Positions 49,869-58,403 of a stretch of DNA of 64,000 nt are shown piece by piece. The stretch is from a virus. Positions within the stretch are counted from its first letter, which is position 1, and each line of letters begins with the position of its first letter. The position numbers were made by a program, and so were the translations under genes. The stretch spans positions 1,751-65,750 of the IMG/VR virus record IMGVR_UViG_3300010348_001013. One strand, written 5' to 3'. Below the pieces are notes generated by a model. It was not told where the DNA came from. It saw nothing but the letters and a program-made list of their open reading frames with translations, and ran no database searches.

Positions 49869-50329
49869 ATATTTTTACCTCTAAAAAATAGATAGCATAT
49901 TTCAACAAAAAAGTCAAGTATTTTTTATTAAATTTAATCAAAATTTTAGACGTTATTTCTTACTGCAATGTTAAAACTTATGTATCTAATTGGTAATATT
50001 GGTTAGAATGAACATTTTTTAAACCTTGTTTCTTAAAAATCATTTTAAATGCCCATTTTTTGGCTCTTGTTTCTTACTTGCGTCTTATTCTATATTAAAA
50101 ATATTTAATAAATATTATAACAATATAAAATATGTTGTTATATGTTAAATTAAGTTAAATAGTGTTAAGCAGATCTAAAATTGTTAAAAAAATTAACGGA
50201 AAATCTTAAAATTTGATCATTAATAAAATTATATTACTTTTAACAACTTTTAACAAGTGCGGGATGTAAATCACTGGATTACAATGTTTTTACTATCGGT
50301 CGTAAATCCTTAATAAAAACCAATGTAGC

Positions 50330-50376
50330 CTCTTTTTTTATTTTCTATTGGGGAAAAATAGAAAATAAAAAAAGAG
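50330..50376. repeat. Perfect 20-bp inverted repeat, 7-nt loop GGGGAAA
   Basis: CTCTTTTTTTATTTTCTATT (50330-50349) and AATAGAAAATAAAAAAAGAG (50357-50376). Confidence 0.9.
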
Positions 50377-50504
50377 AGAGCATGATTTCCGTTATAAATC
50401 CTAGGTTCGGTGGAATTTTGTATAGTACCTAGGATACCTAGGTAACTTAGTACTAGGGACCTAAGCTATATTTTCTTTTTCTTTCTTAATACTTAGTACT
50501 AGTT

Positions 50505-50550
50505 AAATTAAATAATAGTTATATTTTATTATATAACTATTATTTAATTT
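50505..50550. repeat. Perfect 20-bp inverted repeat, 6-nt loop
   Basis: AAATTAAATAATAGTTATAT (50505-50524) and ATATAACTATTATTTAATTT (50531-50550). Confidence 0.9.
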
Positions 50551-50782
50551 GTCTGTTAACCGTATATTCTTTCCTTTTATTCTCTCTCTTTGTGTTACTT
50601 TCTCTCTCTGTTTTTCCTTTCTTATTCTTTCTTTTTCTTTTACGGGGGTTAGATTTTTTATAAGTTTTAATATCTTTTAATTAATATTAATATTTATTAA
50701 TTTCTTACAACTTTGAATTATTAATAATTTTTTTTCAACTATATTTCATTTTTAACTAAATTTTCAATTAATTATAAAAAAA

Positions 50783-50811
50783 TAGACAGCTAAATTAAAT
50801 TATGATATAAT
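50783..50811 (+). promoter_or_regulatory. Sigma70-type promoter
   Basis: TAGACA-N17-TATAAT with extended TG. Confidence 0.6.
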
Positions 50812-50936
50812 CTTGGTAGATGAATGAACTATGTTAAACCCCCCCGCTATAACTATTTTTATTCAACGTTTCAATAATAACCCCGCAAAACTCCCCAATA
50901 GATGAAAAAAAAGAATAGATTTTGAATAAATATTAC

Positions 50937-50964
50937 TTGACATTGCTTTTTTAACTGATATAAC
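50937..50964 (+). promoter_or_regulatory. Sigma70-type promoter for the head operon
   Basis: TTGACA-N16-TATAAC with extended TG; SD GGAGG at 50990-50994. Confidence 0.5.
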
Positions 50965-51003
50965 TTAAATATAACATATATACTTACTTGGAGGTATAAT
51001 ACT

Positions 51004-52506
51004 ATGCCCGACACAATAATTAATAATATTGCTAAAGACTTGGTTTGTGATGTTAAATTAGTCGATGCAACAAGTCAAACTGATAATAAAAAGCTATACG
51101 AGAACATATACAATAAAACAGTTAAAGAATTGGAATTATTTCTTGATAAAAATATTCTTGAAACTAAACAAATATTAGTTCTTGTTGATACTGCAACTGT
51201 TTACAATAAGCCAAATAAAAATTACAGAATATATGAAAAATATAATGGCAGCGATGAATATTTTGGTATTATCGGTGCAAAAAGTTGGTTGGAACCGTTT
51301 AATAAACCACTATTAATCGAACATTTGGATGGTAGTAATTTTTTTGATGGACCCAGTACACCAATTGGAAGAGTGTTATATACTACTGATAATGACAATG
51401 TAAATTATGTTGGTTCATATGTAAGCGATAAGGATGCAATCGATAAAATAAGAGATAAAAGATTTTGGTCAAAATCAGTAGGATTTTATGTCTATAGGCC
51501 AAAATGTTCAATATGTGGTTCAGATATTGATATTGAATACGCATATTCAGGTCTAAAATGTACCGGTAATAAACAAAAAGGAAAAGACATCATTCAGCAT
51601 GAAATTGGAACAAAATATGACAATCAAGTAGCATATCTTGTATGTAATCAAGTATTCAAAGAAATATCATATGTTTCCAACCCCGCAACTCCAGAATCTA
51701 AAACAGAATATTTTAAAATTTATGGCAGTGATAGTGAGAAAAGCGGGTATAATATAAATAGCATTAGCGATAACGTTAATAAAAATATTATGGTTTACGA
51801 ATATGACACTATTAAAAAGTTTTATATGCCGGGCAATGATATTAATAATAAAACATCAACAAAAACCCCGGCAAATATAAATGATAACAAAAATGATAAA
51901 AATGTAGACGACAATCCTAATAAAGATAAAATAGAAAGCGAAAAATCTAATTCTAAAAAGGAGAAAACTAACATGTCAGATATGGAAAAACACGATAATT
52001 CAGAATTGTTATCAAAAATAGATAATATTCTGAATTCAATAGAAGCTAAAGTTGATTCTTTTGAAGAGAAAATCGTTAAAGCACAGGCAACAATTCAGGA
52101 AAAAGACAATGAATTCAAACAATTACAAGAGACCGTTAAAATTTTAACTGCCTCAATTGATACACTTAAGGAGGAAAACGGACTGTTTTATAAAACCTCA
52201 TTAATTGACAAGATTAAAAAATTAATTACTGACTTACCTGGATTCGTTGTTCCTGAGGATAGCGTTCTTGAAAAGAAATCAATTGATGAGCTTGAATCGT
52301 TTATAACCCTAATTGAATGCCGTTCTGATTTTTTAACCAAAGAAAAGAACGATAAACAAACAAATGAACCAAAGTCTGAACAGGTGGAACCAAAAATAAA
52401 AGACAATGTTAATATTCCGGCTAAACAGGAATCGGTTTCAACTGACAAAATTGATCCATTGTTTGTTAAGAGAGTAAAAATTCTAAAGAATAAACAAAAT
52501 AATTAA
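51004..52506 (+). CDS. Prohead protease with C-terminal scaffold-like coiled coil
   Basis: PLLIEH, PIGRV, DAIDKI.DKRFWSKSVG, CSICG, KEISYVSNPA; charged coiled-coil tail; upstream of the capsid genes. Confidence 0.85.
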   Translation: MPDTIINNIAKDLVCDVKLVDATSQTDNKKLYENIYNKTVKELELFLDKNILETKQILVLVDTATVYNKPNKNYRIYEKYNGSDEYFGIIGAKSWLEPFNKPLLIEHLDGSNFFDGPSTPIGRVLYTTDNDNVNYVGSYVSDKDAIDKIRDKRFWSKSVGFYVYRPKCSICGSDIDIEYAYSGLKCTGNKQKGKDIIQHEIGTKYDNQVAYLVCNQVFKEISYVSNPATPESKTEYFKIYGSDSEKSGYNINSISDNVNKNIMVYEYDTIKKFYMPGNDINNKTSTKTPANINDNKNDKNVDDNPNKDKIESEKSNSKKEKTNMSDMEKHDNSELLSKIDNILNSIEAKVDSFEEKIVKAQATIQEKDNEFKQLQETVKILTASIDTLKEENGLFYKTSLIDKIKKLITDLPGFVVPEDSVLEKKSIDELESFITLIECRSDFLTKEKNDKQTNEPKSEQVEPKIKDNVNIPAKQESVSTDKIDPLFVKRVKILKNKQNN

Positions 52507-52521
52507 TATTAAGGAGATTTT

Positions 52522-53622
52522 ATGAGCATTTTCATGGAATTTACAAATAGCGAACCAAACAAACCTTTAGGCCCAGGCAGTGGTATTACCATTCGTTCAA
52601 TACGACATAGTCCTTTGGCCGATGCTTCAACCATTGTGAGAACACTCCCAGGTGCAGTTATGGGGCATCCTGGACTTCCAATTCAACGTGTTCTAAATAC
52701 TAATTTACGAAACGAACAACTCGGTCTTCAGTTACCAGCTGGAACTATTGTTTCAATAGATCCAATAAAAAGTGGAGATATTTATATAGGTAAAGATGTT
52801 GACGGAGAAGCATTTAAAATTGATAGAGATCATTTCTATGGTTATGATGAAACCGTATTAGGTTGGATCAGACCAGCAGCATATACAACTAGTACTGATA
52901 TTGAGTTTTTGGCTACAAGTTATGATGTTGCATTTAATAGGATTTTATGGACCGATGGAACTGATTTGGAGGCAGGAGTAACAAAAACTTTGACCATTAC
53001 ATCAGATTCTGCAACTGGAATTGAAGAATATGCAAAAAGACCAGCTGGTATATTGCTAGGTGATCTATATTTTGATCCTGTTGGTATGTATGCAGCATAT
53101 GACTTGCCTTTTATCAAAGGATCTGCAATTGCAACTACTTGTTATATAACTATTCCATATGTAATAAATGATGCAGATTACAAAATGGCAACAGATGAAG
53201 CAGGATATCAATCTGTATTAGGATTATATGCATTTTTGGTTATTCCAGATGCATCAGCTTCATATATTAATGGAGCACTGGTTCAATCTGATAAATATGG
53301 AAACTATGTAACAACCACAAATCCAGTAACATATACTGTTGCGAGCGATGGTGGTGATGTTGTTATTTATGATCCTATTACTGTTGGTTCAATAGTTTCA
53401 TTAGACAATAGGATGCCAAGACAACTTTTGAATGGTGTACAGGTTGATCCACAATTTGCGTTAACTGGCACATCTACAGGTGGTATATATGGCTATCTGT
53501 TTGATTTTGTTAAGAAAATAATAGTAGCATCTGGTGTAAAAGCATCTCCAACTGTTGAAGATATCCAGGGATATATTCAGAGCGGGGATTTTGGTCTTGC
53601 TACAATTAATGTTAATATTTAA
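52522..53622 (+). CDS. Putative head structural/decoration protein, 366 aa
   Basis: Sits between protease and capsid; strong SD AAGGAG; Gly/Ala/Thr-rich. Confidence 0.55.
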   Translation: MSIFMEFTNSEPNKPLGPGSGITIRSIRHSPLADASTIVRTLPGAVMGHPGLPIQRVLNTNLRNEQLGLQLPAGTIVSIDPIKSGDIYIGKDVDGEAFKIDRDHFYGYDETVLGWIRPAAYTTSTDIEFLATSYDVAFNRILWTDGTDLEAGVTKTLTITSDSATGIEEYAKRPAGILLGDLYFDPVGMYAAYDLPFIKGSAIATTCYITIPYVINDADYKMATDEAGYQSVLGLYAFLVIPDASASYINGALVQSDKYGNYVTTTNPVTYTVASDGGDVVIYDPITVGSIVSLDNRMPRQLLNGVQVDPQFALTGTSTGGIYGYLFDFVKKIIVASGVKASPTVEDIQGYIQSGDFGLATINVNI

Positions 53623-53634
53623 GGAGTGAATAAT

Positions 53635-55032
53635 ATGATTAAATATAATCCAATTTTATCAGATACTTTTAAAGAACGTTTTCAGAAAATCAAGGTAGCC
53701 GATTTAGCCAAGATTGATGTTAACAATGAGGAAGATCGAAAAAGAGTGACAGATAAACAAGAAGAGTTTGATGAAAGTGCAAAGTTCGTTAGTGATCTTT
53801 GCCATGCAATTGATTCAAATGGTTTGATGCCAGATGGTTCATACATAACTCTTAGAGATTTTGTAACATCGAATGAAATTAAACAATTTGTTGAGCCGGT
53901 AATTGAAACTTATATCAGAAATCCTATTTCTCCTGTAACACAGATTGCTAATTTGTTTGATGAGATTCCTGTTGTCAAAGCTGTTGATGTTGACGTCAAA
54001 TCTTTTGGTAGTTTTGATGTTGCTGAAGTTGCTGAAGGTGGCACTGTTCCAATGAGAATCTTTGATGTAAACGCAACTGGTGAAAGACTAGCATTGGGTT
54101 TCAAAAAATATGGTGTTGGTATTGGTATGACCCAAGAAGCAATAGATGCTGATAGCTGGGGTTTTCTTTCATACTGGATGCAAGAAGCTAGAAATGCTTT
54201 TGCTAGAAATAGAGAAAGAAAGGCGATGGTTGCACTTGATCTTAAGTCAATTATAATTCAAGATAACAATGGACCATCACAACTCGGCCCAACAAGAGGT
54301 AGAGGTATCAGTGGTGCTTTTAATGGAACATTGTCTCCAGCAGATCTTGCAATGGATCTGGCATGGGCAAACATGAGAGACATTTATTATGATACAATTA
54401 TGATCAATCCAATGGCATATATGATGTTTAAACTCTATTTTACTGAGTCAACTACAAGATTACCATCTGATATTAACTTTTACAAACCAGCTAGAGGTAA
54501 AGCTGCTCCTGGTTGGCCATATACAAATAACAAATTCTTTAAACGAGGTCCTGGTGCTTTTGGTAATCCTACTATGACTGACCCTCTTGGACTGCTTGAA
54601 AATGGTTTTCCAACTCTTGCTATGTATGGTGCTACATTTGAGGAAGATATATTTGATACTGGTTCTCCAATAAAAATAATTGTTTCTCCATGGGTTCCAT
54701 ATAAAGCAATAACTGCCGGGGATGCAAAGGATAAATACTTAACCAATCTATATTTAATTGATTCTAATAATGTTGGTGCCTTCTTTAATAGATTTGGTCC
54801 AAAAGTAACCGAATGGGATTCTCCTGCCAATGATGTCAACTTTTGGAAAATAGTTGAGCAATTTGGTATTGGCATATATAATAAAGGCAGTGGTGTTGGT
54901 GTAATTAAGAATATCGTTATTGATTCCAGCTACGATTTTAATTTTACATATAACATCACAACTGAACCAGCAGCTTATCCTGCATACGCTGGTGGCGATC
55001 CTGATGCTATGTTTACTGGATTGTTTGCTTAG
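53635..55032 (+). CDS. Major capsid protein (HK97-fold)
   Basis: VAEVAEGGTVP, KKYGVGIGMTQEAI, ARNRERKA, DTIMINP, IIVSPWVP. ATG 53635 is 8 nt after AAGGAG; a hairpin follows the gene. Confidence 0.9.
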   Translation: MIKYNPILSDTFKERFQKIKVADLAKIDVNNEEDRKRVTDKQEEFDESAKFVSDLCHAIDSNGLMPDGSYITLRDFVTSNEIKQFVEPVIETYIRNPISPVTQIANLFDEIPVVKAVDVDVKSFGSFDVAEVAEGGTVPMRIFDVNATGERLALGFKKYGVGIGMTQEAIDADSWGFLSYWMQEARNAFARNRERKAMVALDLKSIIIQDNNGPSQLGPTRGRGISGAFNGTLSPADLAMDLAWANMRDIYYDTIMINPMAYMMFKLYFTESTTRLPSDINFYKPARGKAAPGWPYTNNKFFKRGPGAFGNPTMTDPLGLLENGFPTLAMYGATFEEDIFDTGSPIKIIVSPWVPYKAITAGDAKDKYLTNLYLIDSNNVGAFFNRFGPKVTEWDSPANDVNFWKIVEQFGIGIYNKGSGVGVIKNIVIDSSYDFNFTYNITTEPAAYPAYAGGDPDAMFTGLFA

Positions 55033-55050
55033 TATACGAATAAATTAATC

Positions 55051-55086
55051 AAGGACAGCGGGGTTAGAGCCCCGCTTGATCCTTTA
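55051..55086 (+). terminator. Stem-loop after the major capsid gene, probable terminator
   Basis: AGCGGGG (55057-55063) pairs with CCCCGCT (55070-55076), extended by AAGGA/TCCTT; short T tail. Confidence 0.6.
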
Positions 55087-55123
55087 ATTATGGTAATTAA
55101 ATCAATTCTAAGGATGGTTAAAA

Positions 55124-56044
55124 ATGAGTAAAGAAAAAATTGTTAACGGAAATGAGCAAAAAGAAAAAACCGAAAACATTAGCACTGACGAACAGCATCA
55201 ATTGGGGAAAATTAAAAATGAAGCTGATAATAATGCCAGTGTTAAAGCAGCTAATCAAATTGAAACAAAAGACAATTTAGACTCTAGTACTGTAAATGAA
55301 ACTGGTTCTAATAAAAAAGAGAATAAAAAAACTAAGGTATATGATGTTAAATTATCCCTGCAAAATGGTGCAATACGATGGGAAAAACGAAATGTTGTAT
55401 TAACTAAAAAGAATCCTACTGCTATAGTTAAATCAGACGATATTGTGCTTTATGAAATAATAAATGCCGGGGTCAGGGGAATGGTTGATAATGACATTCT
55501 CATTAACGATAAACCGGTTACATTTTATTTAAATAAGCTATTAAACAAGAATATACCAGATGAATTTCACGTAAAATTAAACGATCACTCTTTATATTTT
55601 AGAGTTGGAGACGTGGTTTTATCTAGGATTGGCGGGAATAAAATAGATCATGTGTTTAAAAAAACAGATCCCAATCTAATGACAATTATTAAAGGGTTAC
55701 TTTTAAAAGAAATAGTAATTGTTAAGCCAAAAGAAAAGATTGAAGAACCCAAAGAAGTTGAAGATATTAAAGATGTAATAAACGTTGAAAATGCTAAAGT
55801 CGAAATATGTGGCATAATAAACGATATGTTTATATCTAGGGAATTATCATCTTCTGTAATTGAACGCATTTTTAATAATTATTCAGATATAATAGATTTG
55901 AAAGAATTTCTGCCAACAGTAATTCTTGCCGAATTTGAGAGAGCAAAAGAACTCACTAAAGAAAATGATATCCCAATTATTGAAAAACTCTATAATGAGA
56001 CAATGAAAGAATTTGATAAGATAATAAATAAAATATCTAAATAA
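55124..56044 (+). CDS. Hypothetical protein, 306 aa
   Basis: ATG with SD AAGGA; charged low-complexity N-terminus. Confidence 0.6.
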   Translation: MSKEKIVNGNEQKEKTENISTDEQHQLGKIKNEADNNASVKAANQIETKDNLDSSTVNETGSNKKENKKTKVYDVKLSLQNGAIRWEKRNVVLTKKNPTAIVKSDDIVLYEIINAGVRGMVDNDILINDKPVTFYLNKLLNKNIPDEFHVKLNDHSLYFRVGDVVLSRIGGNKIDHVFKKTDPNLMTIIKGLLLKEIVIVKPKEKIEEPKEVEDIKDVINVENAKVEICGIINDMFISRELSSSVIERIFNNYSDIIDLKEFLPTVILAEFERAKELTKENDIPIIEKLYNETMKEFDKIINKISK

Positions 56045-56059
56045 ACATATGGAAAGGCA

Positions 56060-57256
56060 ATGGCATTATTAAATATATTATCCATTGATCCAGAAAATAA
56101 TTCAACAATTTATATTAATCAGCAATTTAAGATAGTGTTTGACAAACAATTAGATCAGTCAAATCTATCCGATTCAATAATGCTAGCAAATGAACATTCT
56201 GTTTTAGTGCCATTAACAATAACATATTCAACCAAAACAATAGATGGAAATGTTGTAGGCGTTGTTAAAGTTGTTCCGAATGTCTTACTCGATATGAATA
56301 CTAAACATACATTGGTATTGCGGGGAGACTTTAATGTAAATGATAATTATTATGATGGTATAAAATCCATTGATAATGATGTATTAAATGGAAATATACT
56401 ATTCAATTATACAACAAACACATTAACATACACACCCCCAAGCGAAGAAGACAATCCTGAAATAATTCCACCAGACGTAGAACAAACAACATTTATTACT
56501 GATATACATTTTAAACCAACAAAGTATCCTAAGACAATATTTACTAAGGTTGAACCGTATATATATGTTATTGTTCCCGACGCAATAACCAAAACAACAA
56601 CGGAGTATTTTCACGTATATTCAGATAATTTGCTTAGCGGGGGTAATAGCGAAGAAGACATTACAATCGAGTCTCAAGATAATTATGTGTTTATAACATT
56701 AAATAATTTTGTTAATTCAGATAATACTTTTAGAAACCGTAAGATTACAATATATTTAGACGAAGGTGCGATAGAAACCAATATGGGTGTTACCCCCGCA
56801 ATTTCTTATTATTATTATTCCCCAATAGATGTCTTTTTCATAACACCCGAGTCCGTGAGATCACATTTAGCAAATGGTGATTCTCTTAGTGATGATGAAG
56901 TATATTCAATTGTTTATAAAGAATCAATAGCAATTTATACAAATCCAGCGTTTTTTTCAACTTCATATCCAACGGTATTTTTTTATTTAAGTGAGAAGTA
57001 TATTTTATTGAAACTTAATAAAGAAAGAATGGCCGGGACAATTATGTCATCAAATGGTATAAAATCTCAAACTTTGCTTGGTGCTAGTATAACATTTCAT
57101 TCACCAAGTGAAAATAATGTCCAAATGACATTATTAAACAATGAACTTTATACCATTGAAACTGAAATGAAGGCTTTATTGAATAGATATGGATGTAGTG
57201 CTGTTAAGAGTTTATATGATATTGGATATCCGATAGAATGGCGAAGTGATGTATAA
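56060..57256 (+). CDS. Ig-like domain protein / putative head-tail connector, 398 aa
   Basis: N-terminal ILSIDPENN...IVFDKQLDQSNL...VPNVLLDMNTKHTLVL resembles Big_5; helical adaptor-like C-terminus (KSQTLLGASITF). Confidence 0.55.
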   Translation: MALLNILSIDPENNSTIYINQQFKIVFDKQLDQSNLSDSIMLANEHSVLVPLTITYSTKTIDGNVVGVVKVVPNVLLDMNTKHTLVLRGDFNVNDNYYDGIKSIDNDVLNGNILFNYTTNTLTYTPPSEEDNPEIIPPDVEQTTFITDIHFKPTKYPKTIFTKVEPYIYVIVPDAITKTTTEYFHVYSDNLLSGGNSEEDITIESQDNYVFITLNNFVNSDNTFRNRKITIYLDEGAIETNMGVTPAISYYYYSPIDVFFITPESVRSHLANGDSLSDDEVYSIVYKESIAIYTNPAFFSTSYPTVFFYLSEKYILLKLNKERMAGTIMSSNGIKSQTLLGASITFHSPSENNVQMTLLNNELYTIETEMKALLNRYGCSAVKSLYDIGYPIEWRSDV

Positions 57257-57268
57257 AACGGAGAAAGA

Positions 57269-57688
57269 ATGTTTAATCCAATGGATTTTTTAATTAATCA
57301 ATCGTTTGACGGCAATTATAGATTTGCTTCATATGTTCTAGTTGAAGTAAAGAATAATAAAGAAGACGTTGCTACTAGGAAATTTCTTATAAAAACACGC
57401 ATAGGTGAAATTTCTAGAGTCACAACTTCTGAAACTGTTGAAAATCTTGGTGAAGCTATTCTAGAAGAGAGATATATGATAGTTCGTAAAGAGGATATTA
57501 ATTTATTTAGTGGTGGGGGAGGGGAATTTATTTATTTACTTTCTAATGCTAACGATAAGAATCTGACTGTTGATAATGCGGTTAAAATAAATACAATAGG
57601 AACCGTTTACAGAACAAATAAAATGATACTAATACATGGTCTCGATAATTCTATTGAATATGCACTAATGCCAATTGAAGAAGTTTAA
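57269..57688 (+). CDS. Putative head closure/neck protein, 139 aa
   Basis: Size and position between connector and tail completion genes; SD GGAG. Confidence 0.4.
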   Translation: MFNPMDFLINQSFDGNYRFASYVLVEVKNNKEDVATRKFLIKTRIGEISRVTTSETVENLGEAILEERYMIVRKEDINLFSGGGGEFIYLLSNANDKNLTVDNAVKINTIGTVYRTNKMILIHGLDNSIEYALMPIEEV

Positions 57689-57689
57689 T

Positions 57690-58382
57690 ATGGATATAAA
57701 AAATAGTAATATTGTTAAAGTTGATTATCATACTGTTTCAAATGCTGTTAGATGTACAACTTTAATTGAGTTTTTAATAAGAGCTCTTATATCAGCTAAT
57801 AATGTTGTTCCTACACTTTTTCCGAGAAAAACATTATTGCTTAATGAATATAACGAGACATATTTATTAAACTTAAAAAGTCAAACGTCCAGTAAAACAT
57901 TGCCAGATATAATATTAATGGCAATCATTAGAGACGAACCAGCAGGAATTGGAGGATCTCCGTTTGAAGGTGTCAGAGATGTAACATATCATAATACTCC
58001 TGATAGTGCAATAGTAGAAGATAAAGAAAGTGAAAAGAAATATGAAATGAATATACAATGGAGAGATGTATTAGTATCGTTTAAATGTTTTAGTAAATCG
58101 GACAATTTAGCATATCGTCTAATGAAAACGTTGGAACATAATTTATATTACATGAGAAAATTATTTGGTAAATATGGTATAAATACCTCGTTTTCTTATG
58201 GTATGCCAATTGATAATAGAAGTTATAATGAAAATATAGATAAAATTTTAGGATTGTCATATAAAGAATTAATTTTTTATTTTAAAATTCAAGACATAAT
58301 GTTAATGCCAGTTGATGCATATCTTGATGATATAACAATCGAAGCATTAGACGAGAGTGTTAGCATAATAGAAAATATTTAA
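57690..58382 (+). CDS. Putative tail completion/terminator protein, about 230 aa
   Basis: Directly upstream of the sheath; QWRDVLVSFKCFSKSDNLAYRLMKTLE pattern. ATG 57690 or TTG 57675. Confidence 0.5.
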   Translation: MDIKNSNIVKVDYHTVSNAVRCTTLIEFLIRALISANNVVPTLFPRKTLLLNEYNETYLLNLKSQTSSKTLPDIILMAIIRDEPAGIGGSPFEGVRDVTYHNTPDSAIVEDKESEKKYEMNIQWRDVLVSFKCFSKSDNLAYRLMKTLEHNLYYMRKLFGKYGINTSFSYGMPIDNRSYNENIDKILGLSYKELIFYFKIQDIMLMPVDAYLDDITIEALDESVSIIENI

Positions 58383-58403
58383 TTAATAAACAAGGAGAAT
58401 TTC

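Larger units (their letters stand above)
49869..51003. other. Large structured non-coding region, candidate replication origin and divergent control region
   Basis: Only gap over 1 kb in the window; two perfect 20-bp inverted repeats, CTAG palindrome cluster, tandem repeats, polypyrimidine tract. Confidence 0.5.
4436..56830. repeat. Dispersed 11-bp motif ATCTATTGGGG (extended consensus gWCATCTATTGGGGAA), 14 exact copies
   Basis: Plus orientation at 4436, 8388, 10982, 19603, 25823, 33418, 41974, 44352, 48769; minus orientation at 10940, 25905, 49451, 50893, 56820. Confidence 0.9.

Noticed and set aside
49889-49917. Leftward promoter for the wHTH-thyX operon (TTGACT-N17-TATCTA)
   Set aside because: Good -35 and spacing, but the -10 lacks the conserved final T; too weak to list as a feature.
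49869-51003. tRNA or known structured RNA in the large gap
   Set aside because: No cloverleaf or T-loop in a suitable stem context seen by eye; a covariance-model scan would be needed to exclude it fully.
4436-56830. CRISPR array built from the ATCTATTGGGG repeat, given the Cas4-like gene
   Set aside because: Copies are only 11-16 bp, kilobases apart and in both orientations; there is no repeat-spacer periodicity and no cas1/cas2.
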